Positions 18,397 to 27,714 of a stretch of DNA of 64,000 bases are shown here, one piece after another. The DNA comes from an uncultured Spirochaetota bacterium (GTDB lineage: Bacteria > Spirochaetota > UBA4802 > UBA5550). Numbering within the stretch: position 1 is the first letter of the stretch; the number at the start of each line of letters is the position of its first letter. Below the pieces are notes generated by a model. That model was not told where the DNA came from, did no database searches, and saw only the letters and a program-made list of their open reading frames with translations. A program made the position numbers and the translations under genes. The stretch covers positions 617,924 to 681,923 of the forward strand of contig CAWHAA010000005.1 of NCBI GenBank assembly GCA_963827275.1, in the 5' to 3' direction.

Positions 18397-19701
18397 TTAT
18401 ATCTTTCTTCTATCGACAACCCGCACCGCTTTCCCCTCGCTCCGTGCGATGGTCATGGGCTCCACCAGCGTGATCTTCGCCGAAATGCCCAGGACGCTCC
18501 GGAAGCGGTCGCTGATCTTCTTCCTCAGATTATCGAGCACCTTCACCTCGTCGGAGAAGAGCTTTTCGCTGACTTCGACCATGACCTCGACGTCGTCCAT
18601 GGCCGCCTTGCGGTCCAGGATGATCTGGTAGTGCGGCTCGGTCCCCTCGACCTCCATGAGCACGTTCTCGATCTGGGACGGGAACACGTTGACGCCGCGG
18701 ATGATGAGCATGTCGTCGGACCTGCCGGTGACCTTCTCCATCTTGACCAGCGTCCTTCCGCACTTGCAGCTGTCGCGGTAGAGGCGGGTGATGTCGCGCG
18801 ACCGGTACCGGATGCCGGGAAAGGCCTCCTTGGTAATCGTCGTGTAAACGATCTCGCCCTTCTCTCCCTCGGGGAGGATGTCGCCGGTCTCGGGGTCGAT
18901 GACCTCCACGTAGAAGTGGTCCTCATGCACGTGGAGGCCCGACTTCTCCTGGCACTCGCCCGATACGCCCGGGCCCATGACTTCGGAAAGTCCGTAGATG
19001 TCGTAGGCCTGGATGCCGAGACGCGTCTCGATCTCCTTCCGCATCGCTTCCGACCATGGCTCGGCGCCGAGTATGCCGGCCCTGAGTTTTGTCTTGCGCA
19101 TGTCGTAATCGGGCCGTTTCTTTTCGATGTAATCGGCTATGTTAAGCAGGTACGAGGGCGTGCACGCGATCATGGTCGTACCGAAGTCCTTGATCAGCAT
19201 GAGCTGGCGCTCGGTGTTGCCGCCGGAGATCGGCACGGTCAGCGCGCCGAGCTTCTCAGATCCGTAGTGGAGCCCGAGGCCCCCGGTGAAGAGCCCGTAC
19301 CCGTACGCGACCTGGATCACGTCCTTCTCCGTGGCGCCGTAGCCGACCAGGCACCGCGCCACGACCTCGGCAAACACCTCCACGTCATTTTTGGTCAACC
19401 CCACTACCGTGGCGTTGCCGGTGGTGCCGGAGGACGAATGGACGCGGACGACCTTGTCCATCGGCACCGCGAACAGCCCGAAGGGGTAGTTGTTCCGCAT
19501 GTCCTGCTTCGTGAGGAAGGGGACGCGCTTCATGTCGTCAAGCGATTTGAACTGGTCCGGGTGGAAGCCGGCATCGTCGAATTTCTTATGGTAGAACGCG
19601 TTGTTCTTGTACGCGTGGCCGATAGACCACTTGAGCCGCTCGAGCTGGAGCTCGCGCATCTTCTTTAATGGCATTGTTTCAATTTCTTTGTTAAAATACA
19701 T
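18397..19701 (-). CDS. paaK: Phenylacetate-CoA ligase family (PaaK / coenzyme F390 synthetase-like)
   Basis: 434 aa. LKKMRELQLERLKWSIGHAYKNNAFYHKKFDDAGFHPDQFKSLDDMKRVPFLTKQDMRNNYPFGLFAVP, plus AMP-binding motifs SSGTTGNATVV and YGLSE. Ribosome-binding site GAGGGG. Confidence 0.85.
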   Translation of the reverse strand: MYFNKEIETMPLKKMRELQLERLKWSIGHAYKNNAFYHKKFDDAGFHPDQFKSLDDMKRVPFLTKQDMRNNYPFGLFAVPMDKVVRVHSSSGTTGNATVVGLTKNDVEVFAEVVARCLVGYGATEKDVIQVAYGYGLFTGGLGLHYGSEKLGALTVPISGGNTERQLMLIKDFGTTMIACTPSYLLNIADYIEKKRPDYDMRKTKLRAGILGAEPWSEAMRKEIETRLGIQAYDIYGLSEVMGPGVSGECQEKSGLHVHEDHFYVEVIDPETGDILPEGEKGEIVYTTITKEAFPGIRYRSRDITRLYRDSCKCGRTLVKMEKVTGRSDDMLIIRGVNVFPSQIENVLMEVEGTEPHYQIILDRKAAMDDVEVMVEVSEKLFSDEVKVLDNLRKKISDRFRSVLGISAKITLVEPMTIARSEGKAVRVVDRRKI

Positions 19702-19995
19702 CGATACCCCCTCGAAGTTCTGCGTTATGTCTCACTGCCGCTATTTTTTATGACTTTTGGGCACCATTCCCTGCCCGCGGCACAGATCAACCTTATGGAG
19801 GGGCATGCTTTTTTCAAGGAAAAAATTTGTATATATGCGACCGCACGGCATAATACGGAAAAATCAGCTTGCTATTTTTTCTGACGCTGGCACGATACAA
19901 ACTCGTACCCTTCCACTTCCATCTGTCATATTGAACTCTCAAGGCCCGGAACCTGTTTGTATCCGGAGCCACCTATGTATTGAAGGAGGCATTCC

Positions 19996-21195
19996 ATGAG
20001 CCAGGTATTTGAGAATTCTTCAATCGGGCCAATCAAGATGAAAAACAGGATCCTCAGGTCCGCCACGCATGAAGGCCTATCCGATGAAATGGGGGGCCCC
20101 CTTCCCGATCTTGCCGCGATGTATGAAGGCCTTGCCCGCGGCGGGGCCGGTGCGATAATTACCGGCTATTTCGGGGTGCAGGCAAACGGAAGAACAATGA
20201 AGAACATGAAGATGATCGACCGCGACGATTTCAACGAATCGTACAAGAACATCAATGCCATGGCCGGAAAGCACGGGGTCCCCATCATAGCCCAGATCGC
20301 CCATGGCGGCGGGCAGGTAAGCAAAGACGTCAACCGCAAAGAAGCCGTTGCACCCTCCGCGATCAAGTATCCGCTTTTCGGCAGGACCGCCCGTGAATTG
20401 ACCGAGCCGGAGATTGATGAAATTATCCAGAGCTTCGTGGCTGCCACGGTGCGCGCCCAAAAGGCCGGCTTTGCTGGCGTCCAGATCCATGCCGCAAGCG
20501 GATGGCTTCTATCATCGTTCCTGTCACCGGCAATGAACCGGCGTACGGACCGATGGGGCGGCACCACTGAAAACAGGTTCAGGATCATGGCGGAAATTAT
20601 CGACCGCGCCAGGGACAGCGTCGGGAGCTATCCTATTCTCGTGAAATTCAGCGCCTATGACTTCGACAAGGGCGGCATACGGATTGAGGAAGGCATACGA
20701 ATCGCTGAACTTCTTCAAAAATCGGGATATGATGCCATAGAAACGACCTGCGGGGGAAGTGCTGACGGCATGACCGGCGTGAGGGCCGCACATTTGCCGA
20801 TAGAGGCATACCTCAACCTTATCCCCTGGTTTAAAGCCATGCCGCCGGTAAAAAAAATCATGTTCCGCCTGATGGCCCCCTTCGTCATAAAACAGCATGC
20901 GCCCCTTTTCAATTACAACGTGGACGCCGCTGCCGAAATAAGGAAGCGTGTCGATGTGCCGGTGATTGCCGTGGGAGGAATACACAGGTTGAAGGATATC
21001 GAGTCGATCATCAGTGAAAAAAAGGCTGACTATGTTGCCCTGAGCCGCCCTTTCATCATTGAACCCGATATCGTGAATAAATTCAGAAGCGGCGCGCAGG
21101 CGGAATCACGGTGCATCAACTGCGGGTTCTGCCTTATCGGTTCGGTTTCCAAACCGGTCCGCTGTTACCACGGCACAATTCCGAAACAATCATGA
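19996..21195 (+). CDS. Old Yellow Enzyme family NADH:flavin oxidoreductase
   Basis: 399 aa. IGPIKMKNRILRSATHEG...GGAGAIITGYFGV and HAASGWLLSSFLSPAMNRRTDRWGG are OYE/TIM-barrel FMN-binding motifs. There is a Cys-rich C-terminus (CINCGFC...C). Confidence 0.8.
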   Translation: MSQVFENSSIGPIKMKNRILRSATHEGLSDEMGGPLPDLAAMYEGLARGGAGAIITGYFGVQANGRTMKNMKMIDRDDFNESYKNINAMAGKHGVPIIAQIAHGGGQVSKDVNRKEAVAPSAIKYPLFGRTARELTEPEIDEIIQSFVAATVRAQKAGFAGVQIHAASGWLLSSFLSPAMNRRTDRWGGTTENRFRIMAEIIDRARDSVGSYPILVKFSAYDFDKGGIRIEEGIRIAELLQKSGYDAIETTCGGSADGMTGVRAAHLPIEAYLNLIPWFKAMPPVKKIMFRLMAPFVIKQHAPLFNYNVDAAAEIRKRVDVPVIAVGGIHRLKDIESIISEKKADYVALSRPFIIEPDIVNKFRSGAQAESRCINCGFCLIGSVSKPVRCYHGTIPKQS

Positions 21196-21243
21196 GCGGA
21201 ACGGCCGGAGACGGACACTACCGCCTCCGGGTTACCCGAGGGC

Positions 21244-22299
21244 CTAATAGTAGAAGACCAGCGCGGCCGCCTGTACCCCGGCCGCCGGGCAGGTATATAC
21301 CGACAGGTTGCCGCGCGTGAGGCGCCCGTCTTTCCGTGCCCGGTCCATGCCCAGGGGCAGGCTGGCGGACGCGACATTGCCGATCTCGGAGTAGAAGGAC
21401 TTATATGAGTCGGGTATGCAGACATTGGACTTGCGAAGCATGGGCAGCACCATTTCATCGATCATGTTCCCGATATCATGGATGAAGAGGCAATCATACC
21501 GGATATCTTTCCATTCATCGCCCTTCAGGACCCCGGTCACCAGGTCCATCATCTGCTTCAGGCCGCTGCGTATCAGCCGCGATGAATGCGAATGGAGGCG
21601 GTAGCGCTCGCCGATGCGGTAGTTCAGCCCGATATGGCAGGTGGCAAATTCACCGTCCGCCAGGCTGTAGAACGCGCGCATGTGCCGCGGGTCGGTCGCA
21701 TACGGGGCCTCTCCGGTCCCCTGGAGGATCATGGCCCCGGCGCCGTCACCGATGGTGAGCGAGCCGAATTTCCAGGCAAGCTCTTCCACCGTCTTGCACG
21801 TATAATCGGCCCAGTCGAAGGTGCGCTCCCCCGCGACGACCATGACGGTGCGGTACTTGTCGGTCTTTATCAGCGCATCGGCGATCTCCATGGACTTGAC
21901 AAAGCTCGTGCACGCGTCCTGCGTATCGATCACATTGGCGCGCGTCGCACCGATCTCGAACTTCAGAACATGGCCGGTGGCCGGCTCGATGAAGGCCTTG
22001 GACATGCCGGTATAGATGATCAGGTCGATATCGGTCGCCGGTATACCCGCATCGTCCAGCGCGCGTTGTGCGGCGACCCGGGCCATATCAGGTCCGTATT
22101 CATCGGGGCGGCACCAGCGGCGGGTGACGTTTCCGGCCTTCACCAGCTTGGCGCGGGCCTTGTCGAGCAGTGTTTTAAGCTCTTCGGGAGAGAGGTAGCC
22201 GGCGCTTTTCACGCGCAATAATTCCAGCACGTCATCGTTCGTGATTACACGCTCGGGGAGATAGGTCCCCAGGCCTATTATTTTCGTAGCCGGTGTCAT
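21244..22299 (-). CDS. 3-oxoacyl-ACP synthase III (FabH)-like condensing enzyme, divergent
   Basis: 351 aa. The KAS III fold shows in IGLGTYLPERVITNDD, the active-site Cys in DTQDACTSF and the C-terminal GNVASASLPLGMD. The His region is non-canonical (FIHDIGN instead of HQAN). Confidence 0.7.
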   Translation of the reverse strand: MTPATKIIGLGTYLPERVITNDDVLELLRVKSAGYLSPEELKTLLDKARAKLVKAGNVTRRWCRPDEYGPDMARVAAQRALDDAGIPATDIDLIIYTGMSKAFIEPATGHVLKFEIGATRANVIDTQDACTSFVKSMEIADALIKTDKYRTVMVVAGERTFDWADYTCKTVEELAWKFGSLTIGDGAGAMILQGTGEAPYATDPRHMRAFYSLADGEFATCHIGLNYRIGERYRLHSHSSRLIRSGLKQMMDLVTGVLKGDEWKDIRYDCLFIHDIGNMIDEMVLPMLRKSNVCIPDSYKSFYSEIGNVASASLPLGMDRARKDGRLTRGNLSVYTCPAAGVQAAALVFYY

Positions 22300-22463
22300 T
22301 GTCGCTCAAGCTCCATGGACGGCATGGCGGGAATAACGGCGAATGAGGGCATTCACCCGGGCGCGACCGCGCCGATAACCGCAGGCCTGTCAAACGTTGT
22401 GAATTTCCGGATATTGAAAAATCAGGGTGAAAAATGTCAATAAAAATTACCGCACAACCGGGT

Positions 22464-24698
22464 TTATTTTCCTCCCGGGGTGATATACATAGTGTATATG
22501 CCGCGTAGATTGTGAAAGCCGAAGGTGCCGGCGCGGTCCCTGTCGCCATAATAAAATTCCGAGTTTGGGTCCGTCGAATAGGCATAGTTCATGAAAACGA
22601 GGGATTCCTCTATGCCGAAAAGCCCCGCAAGCGACGTGGCCTCCACCGGCTTCAGGGCCGCCCCCAGCGATCCGCGAAAGAGGGTGTCCGAGCCCCCGTC
22701 GAGCGGGAGGTCGTCGAGAACCGCGTCGGCGCCCGGGACGGTAAAGCGGCCGCGATGCAGGTTGCCCCACGTCCAGTCGTTAATGTCCGGGCCCAGGCTC
22801 CGGTTGAAAAAACGCATGGTGTTGAGGAAGGCGCGGTCAAAAATGGCGTCCCGGTGCTCGACCTTGTAGGTGGAACTGTCGTCAAAGGCGGACGATTTAT
22901 TCTCCTTGATGAGCGTGAAAAACCCCGGCGCCAGCAGGTCCCAGTGCGCCAGGACGCCGTCGGTCCGGTCCCGCAGCTCGTCGGCGAAGGTCTCGTACAT
23001 GAACCGCTGCAGCAGGATGTGGAAAATCGACGGGCCGTTGAAATCAGACTTCAGCTGGTATTTCCAGTTCTGGAAATAGACGCGCGTCAGCCGCGTCGAC
23101 GCCATCGGGTTGTCACCCAGGGTCACGAGGAACTCGGGGAGGAACATGCGGGCGATGGTAGAGCTCCTGTCCATCAGCACGTTCATGACATCCTCGTTGG
23201 TGAAGCGCTTTTTTTTGTCCAGCATCTTCGCAAGGCGCAGGTGGCGCAATTCATTGGGCAGCGCCCTTTCCCGCGCCGGGAGAGGCGCGTCTGAAACGAA
23301 CGAGCTGCCTGCTGTCCGCGCCCCCCCGCCGCCGGCCGCGTCAGGCAGAAGGGAGAGGTCCATCAGTACCGCCCGGGCCGGGTCATGGCCGCTCAGCAGC
23401 ATGGCGTCGGTCTTCTTCCCAACCGGCACCATGCCGGACCACGCTCTGCGCGCCTCCATGTCCGAGGAGAAGAGGTACACCCGGGGGAGCGACACCACCC
23501 CCCTGACGCGGGCCCCCGCCTCCGCGATCGTCCGTGAAAGGGGCACCTCGAACAGGGACGCGACATACTCGGGACCGAAAAAAACCGAGCGCACCGTGAC
23601 CACCGACGAGCCGTACTCGGGCGCGTCGAAGATGTCGTTGAGCACCGGCCCGTTCTCGGTGGCGTGGACCGGCGCCCCGCCGTCCCCGCCGGGCACAATT
23701 TCAAAATCGCGCCAGCCCGCCGCGCCGAGGTACTGGTATGTCGCGCCGGTCCTGATGATCGTCTCCGCGACAAGGTCCTGCGCGTCGATGTTCGCCGAAA
23801 ATCCGTAGAAGGAGAGGTCAAGGTTGTTTCCCGCGAAGATGAAGGGGAGCCCCGCGTGAGTGATCCCCTTGATGATGCGGCCGCCGCAGTGAACATGCAC
23901 CGGGTACCAGCCCGGATATACCGAGAGCATGTCCTCGAAGCTGTAGGCGGTCACCGGGTAGTTGTCCCTGATCTTCTGCGCCGGCAGGTAGAAGGCGTAG
24001 CCGCGGTCAAAGATCCCCGCGTGGTTCCGGACGAGCTCCTGCGCCTTCCTGACCGCCTCGACGCTGTCCGACTCGCTTTCGTCGTAGTAGTGGATGAGGC
24101 CTTCCGGGATGATGTCTCTGATGCCGCCGACGGCGGACCCGCGCTCGAACGCGAAGAGCGCCTCCCTGTTGTTGAGGAAGGCGTTGCACCATTCCCGAAG
24201 CGCCAGCACGGCAAGTATGTCCGCGGCATCCCAGTCGCGCGGCACCGCATCGGAAAGCTTCAGGCGCCGGCGCGCCTCGTTCACGCCGCGCGCGTACTCC
24301 CCGAGGTAGCCGGCATAGGGCTCTCTGACCCGTCCCGCGAGGTCGCGCGCCCTGCGCGCGAAGCCGACAGCCCGCGACAGGCGGTCAAGCGCCCGCCCCT
24401 CCTTCCCGAGGATGCCGGCCGAAGACCCTGCCGCCATCGCCCTGAAATATTCCATCATGGCATAGCGGTCCTGGGCATGCAAAAAGCCGAGGCCGAAATA
24501 CGCGTCTTCGAAGCCCTTCGCAGTGATGACGGGGGTCCCGCTGCTGTCGCGCTCGAGCATGACCCTGTCCCTGACGCCCGCGGCAAAGGAGCCGCTATAG
24601 GAGATCCTGCCGGAATAATGGATGAATGAAAGCACGCCGGCAACGCAGGCCGCCGCCGCTGCGAGGGATATTCCGGCGATGACGATTTTTTTCTTCAT
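22464..24698 (-). CDS. Penicillin amidase (S45, Ntn-hydrolase) family acylase with signal peptide
   Basis: About 744 aa from the ATG at 24698 (MKKKIVIAGISLAAAAACVAG...). Family motifs DSSGTPVITAKGFEDAYFGLGFLHAQDRYAMMEYFR and the downstream autoprocessing region are present. The ORF track's longer start at 24746 would overlap the upstream lipoprotein gene. Confidence 0.8.
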   Translation of the reverse strand: MKKKIVIAGISLAAAAACVAGVLSFIHYSGRISYSGSFAAGVRDRVMLERDSSGTPVITAKGFEDAYFGLGFLHAQDRYAMMEYFRAMAAGSSAGILGKEGRALDRLSRAVGFARRARDLAGRVREPYAGYLGEYARGVNEARRRLKLSDAVPRDWDAADILAVLALREWCNAFLNNREALFAFERGSAVGGIRDIIPEGLIHYYDESESDSVEAVRKAQELVRNHAGIFDRGYAFYLPAQKIRDNYPVTAYSFEDMLSVYPGWYPVHVHCGGRIIKGITHAGLPFIFAGNNLDLSFYGFSANIDAQDLVAETIIRTGATYQYLGAAGWRDFEIVPGGDGGAPVHATENGPVLNDIFDAPEYGSSVVTVRSVFFGPEYVASLFEVPLSRTIAEAGARVRGVVSLPRVYLFSSDMEARRAWSGMVPVGKKTDAMLLSGHDPARAVLMDLSLLPDAAGGGGARTAGSSFVSDAPLPARERALPNELRHLRLAKMLDKKKRFTNEDVMNVLMDRSSTIARMFLPEFLVTLGDNPMASTRLTRVYFQNWKYQLKSDFNGPSIFHILLQRFMYETFADELRDRTDGVLAHWDLLAPGFFTLIKENKSSAFDDSSTYKVEHRDAIFDRAFLNTMRFFNRSLGPDINDWTWGNLHRGRFTVPGADAVLDDLPLDGGSDTLFRGSLGAALKPVEATSLAGLFGIEESLVFMNYAYSTDPNSEFYYGDRDRAGTFGFHNLRGIYTMYITPGGK

Positions 24699-24742
24699 GG
24701 TGTAACGCTGCGGCCCGTGCCGGGGGGCCATCACGCCGGCGG

Positions 24743-25168
24743 TCACCGGGGCGTAATGGTCGCCTTGACGACCTCAAGCCTGGTATAGTAGTCATCGATG
24801 AGAGAGAAGAACCTGCCGAAATCGCCGACCGCGTTGATCCTGGATTTCGCCTTGACCAGCCCGGCAACGGTCTTCACGTCCTTCGAGTATATATGGCATT
24901 CCACGAGGCCCTTCTTCGTCAGCACGTCCGCGATCACGCAGAAATCATAGTCGATATTGGTTGAAACAACCACGTCCTTCACGGTCAGGCCGTAGAGGTG
25001 CACCTCGCGCTTCCCGAGCTCCTCGTTGATCAGGAACTTCATGGCCGGGTTGTCGGCCAGCTCCATCCTCGCCTTCTCCTCGACCACGCTTTCGATCAAA
25101 ATAGGCTCCTTGACACACGAGGTAAGGGCGATAACGCCGATCAGCAGTGATAACAGCCACTTCTTCAT
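24743..25168 (-). CDS. Small lipoprotein, unknown function
   Basis: 141 aa. MKKWLLSLLIGVIALTSCVKE has a lipobox (LTSC). It lies directly upstream of the acylase gene on the same strand. Confidence 0.5.
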   Translation of the reverse strand: MKKWLLSLLIGVIALTSCVKEPILIESVVEEKARMELADNPAMKFLINEELGKREVHLYGLTVKDVVVSTNIDYDFCVIADVLTKKGLVECHIYSKDVKTVAGLVKAKSRINAVGDFGRFFSLIDDYYTRLEVVKATITPR

Positions 25169-25304
25169 CTTGGAACTCCTGCAGTGGGATTGGCCGGCGC
25201 GCGCTGCTCCCCGGCGCCGGAAGGGCGCCGGACGGTCTGCCGGCCACGATCGATATTCGTATTAATTCGGGTTTTTTGTCAAATACATATTTCCCCCCCG
25301 CGGG

Positions 25305-27413
25305 TCACGCGGGGCCGAACCGCTTGACCATCACGATAATGTTGCCGCTATCGTTGAAGGTGACTTCGTCAAACGCGTGCCTGATCATGAGCAGGCCCCG
25401 GCCGTGCATGAGCAGGCTGTTGTCGGGGCCCGCCGGGTCCCCGGAGAGCATGGCCCGGTGGTCAAAGCCGTTCCCCTCGTCGGCCACCAGGTAGGTCACG
25501 TGGTCCGCGTCGAGCGAGCATTCAACGTGCACCTTCCTCCCGCTGAAGGCCGGGTCCTTCTGGCGTTTTTTCACGAGATCAAAATACCCGCCGGAGAGCT
25601 GCGACGCCGTCTTCTCCTCGAAGCTGAGGCCGAGGTTGCCGTGCTCGATGGCGTTGATGATCGCCTCGCGGAGCGCGATCCTGATGTCGGATATCGGCCC
25701 CGGGTCCATGTAGCGTCCCAGGTTCCGCACCATGCGCTGGCTCATGAGCTCGGCGTTGCCGATATAGTTGTTGATGTCATACTCGTACCGTTCGGTCGCC
25801 AGGAAGGGCGTGAGCGCGTCATCGATAACCGGGGAGGCCTTCCCGAGGATGACGTACCCGGGGTTCCCCTCCTTCTTGTATTCCAGGGTCACCAGCATCT
25901 CCTTCGGCTCATGGCTGTATTTATCGTTCAGGGTCGAGAGGAACTGGACGCTCCCCTTCTTTTTTTTCTTGAGCGCCGTTATGTATTCCAGCACGATCTG
26001 CTGGTTGATGTTGAAGCGGTTTTCCTCGATATTGCTGAAAAGGTCGGGAAAGTTCGCGTCCAGGACCTCGTCCGGCTTGTACCCGAGATGGTACCGCACC
26101 GACCTGTTCATGCTGTGGATATTGTTTTTATCATCGAGCGTGAAGATAATATCGTCGGTGCTTTCCACGAGGTGCCGGTACCTGACCTCACCGCGGAGGA
26201 TCATGCTCTTCATGCTGTTGATCTTGTCCGCCATGGCAAACGAGAGCATGACGATCGCCGTTGACGAAGCGATCGGCAGCGCCCAGCGGGCGACAAAGCC
26301 GGAATGGATGACCCCCAGTATGCTGAGAATCACGACCGGGACAGAGAGCGCGAAGAGCGAAAAGGCCAGCAGCGCGAACCTGGCCTGGCGCGCTACCGGC
26401 GCCGGCCGGTCAATGAAACCGAGGTATATCCCGAACAGCACAAACCCGAGCGTCGCGACAACGGCGTCGAAATACATGAGGAGCAGGCTTGTCCTGGCAT
26501 CGATAACGACCGAAAGCGCCATGACCAGCAGTGACGATGCCACTATGAAGAGCAGGAACAGCAGGAACCTCCTGTAATAGCGATGGTCTTTTTCAAACTG
26601 CGCGAAATCGAACATGAAGAGGCTGAGGCTTATGATCGTCATGCCGCCGACCATCGGGTTCACGAGCCGCTGCAGCCATATCGAGCCGGGCCAGAGGTAC
26701 TGGAACGCGAAGCCCTTGAAGGCGAACTCCAGCAGTCCGTACGTCATGATAAAGCAGGCGAGATAGAAATGCCCGATCATACGGGAGGAGATGAAAAACA
26801 TGAAATTATAGAGCGCCATGGCCAGGAGAAGGCCGAAAAACAGCCAGTATGCGGGGAGTTCCCCCCTCATGCGGTCCACGTAGGCGTCCCGGGTAAGCAT
26901 GTTGAGATGAAATCCCATGGAGCTGAGCGACGTGACCCGGAGGTAGCAGGTCATGGGGCCCGGCTTCTGGGTCACCGGGAAGAGGAAGGTCGTGTCCTTG
27001 ATCTCCCGGTGATGAAACGGCAGGGTATCGCCGCCCCTCTTCACGGTATAGCCGCCCGACGCGCCCGGCACATACAGCTCCATCATGTCAATGGTCGGGG
27101 AATCGACCTCGCAGAGCCAGGGGAACGTTCTTCCCGTCCTGTTGTCCACGGTGAACCGGAACCAGATCCGGGCGGTGGTGTGGCCGAAGTTCACATAGCC
27201 CGACCGGTGCCTGGTCCATGCATGCGGTCCGCCGCCCATGACATCGGCCGGCGCAAGGCTGTTGCGGACGTCCCTGAGATACTCGATATCGCCGCTGATA
27301 TTCCTGATGGTCAGGGCATCGTCGAGGATTATCGCCGGGGCCGCCGACGAGGCCATGGCCCGGCCCGCGGGCAGGAGCAGCATAGCTGTCAATATCAACG
27401 CGCGCGTTTTCAT
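25305..27413 (-). CDS. 7TMR-DISM sensor protein with PAS domain and a serine-kinase-type HATPase (anti-sigma-factor-like) domain
   Basis: Signal peptide MKTRALILTAMLLLPAGRAMA. A periplasmic 7TMR-DISM_7TM-type domain and 7 transmembrane helices. PAS region EVRYRHLVESTDDIIFTLDD. The C-terminal segment ALREAIINAIEHGN...HGRGLLMIRHAFDEV resembles RsbW/SpoIIAB-type HATPase_c_2 and has no obvious His-kinase H-box. Confidence 0.7.
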   Translation of the reverse strand: MKTRALILTAMLLLPAGRAMASSAAPAIILDDALTIRNISGDIEYLRDVRNSLAPADVMGGGPHAWTRHRSGYVNFGHTTARIWFRFTVDNRTGRTFPWLCEVDSPTIDMMELYVPGASGGYTVKRGGDTLPFHHREIKDTTFLFPVTQKPGPMTCYLRVTSLSSMGFHLNMLTRDAYVDRMRGELPAYWLFFGLLLAMALYNFMFFISSRMIGHFYLACFIMTYGLLEFAFKGFAFQYLWPGSIWLQRLVNPMVGGMTIISLSLFMFDFAQFEKDHRYYRRFLLFLLFIVASSLLVMALSVVIDARTSLLLMYFDAVVATLGFVLFGIYLGFIDRPAPVARQARFALLAFSLFALSVPVVILSILGVIHSGFVARWALPIASSTAIVMLSFAMADKINSMKSMILRGEVRYRHLVESTDDIIFTLDDKNNIHSMNRSVRYHLGYKPDEVLDANFPDLFSNIEENRFNINQQIVLEYITALKKKKKGSVQFLSTLNDKYSHEPKEMLVTLEYKKEGNPGYVILGKASPVIDDALTPFLATERYEYDINNYIGNAELMSQRMVRNLGRYMDPGPISDIRIALREAIINAIEHGNLGLSFEEKTASQLSGGYFDLVKKRQKDPAFSGRKVHVECSLDADHVTYLVADEGNGFDHRAMLSGDPAGPDNSLLMHGRGLLMIRHAFDEVTFNDSGNIIVMVKRFGPA

Positions 27414-27483
27414 GTATGGCGGAAATACTAGCATATCAGCCGGAGTTTGTCAATACAAAGAGGATTGCGGGACGGGGTACGCG

Positions 27484-27678
27484 TTATTTCGAACAGCGCA
27501 CAAACCGCGCGACCGACCGGTCATAGGTCCGCTCGACCTCGTCGGGGAAAAAGCAGGCGGGGAGCTCGTTGGCCCTTCTGTGGTACTGGACGCACTCGCA
27601 GCACCGCCCCTTCCTGCTGCACGGCTCGTAGGTGCAGTTGCAGAAGGAGCTGTTTTTTTGCAGATTGTCACACGCCAT
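27484..27678 (-). CDS. Small cysteine-rich protein (zf-like Cys-rich small domain)
   Basis: 64 aa with 9 Cys in the pattern [21 protein letters not shown]...C...C. Codon usage is consistent with the genome. It sits between the EIIA-Zn-ribbon gene and the 7TMR sensor gene on the same strand. Confidence 0.5.
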   Translation of the reverse strand: MACDNLQKNSSFCNCTYEPCSRKGRCCECVQYHRRANELPACFFPDEVERTYDRSVARFVRCSK

Positions 27679-27714
27679 ATGGCGCCTCCTGTGGGTACGG
27701 TGCCGCGGAACGGC

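Noticed and set aside
19875-19895. Possible sigma54 promoter (CTGGCACGatacaAACT) upstream of the OYE gene
   Set aside because: The -24 GG element fits, but the -12 element is AACT instead of TTGC, and the GC dinucleotide is missing. A second look-alike at 19778-19795 has the wrong spacing.
22368-22380. GCGCCGATAACCGCAGG as a further full copy of the inverted-repeat motif
   Set aside because: Only the CCGATAAC half-site is present. The second arm (TATCGG) is missing. It is counted as a half-site at most.
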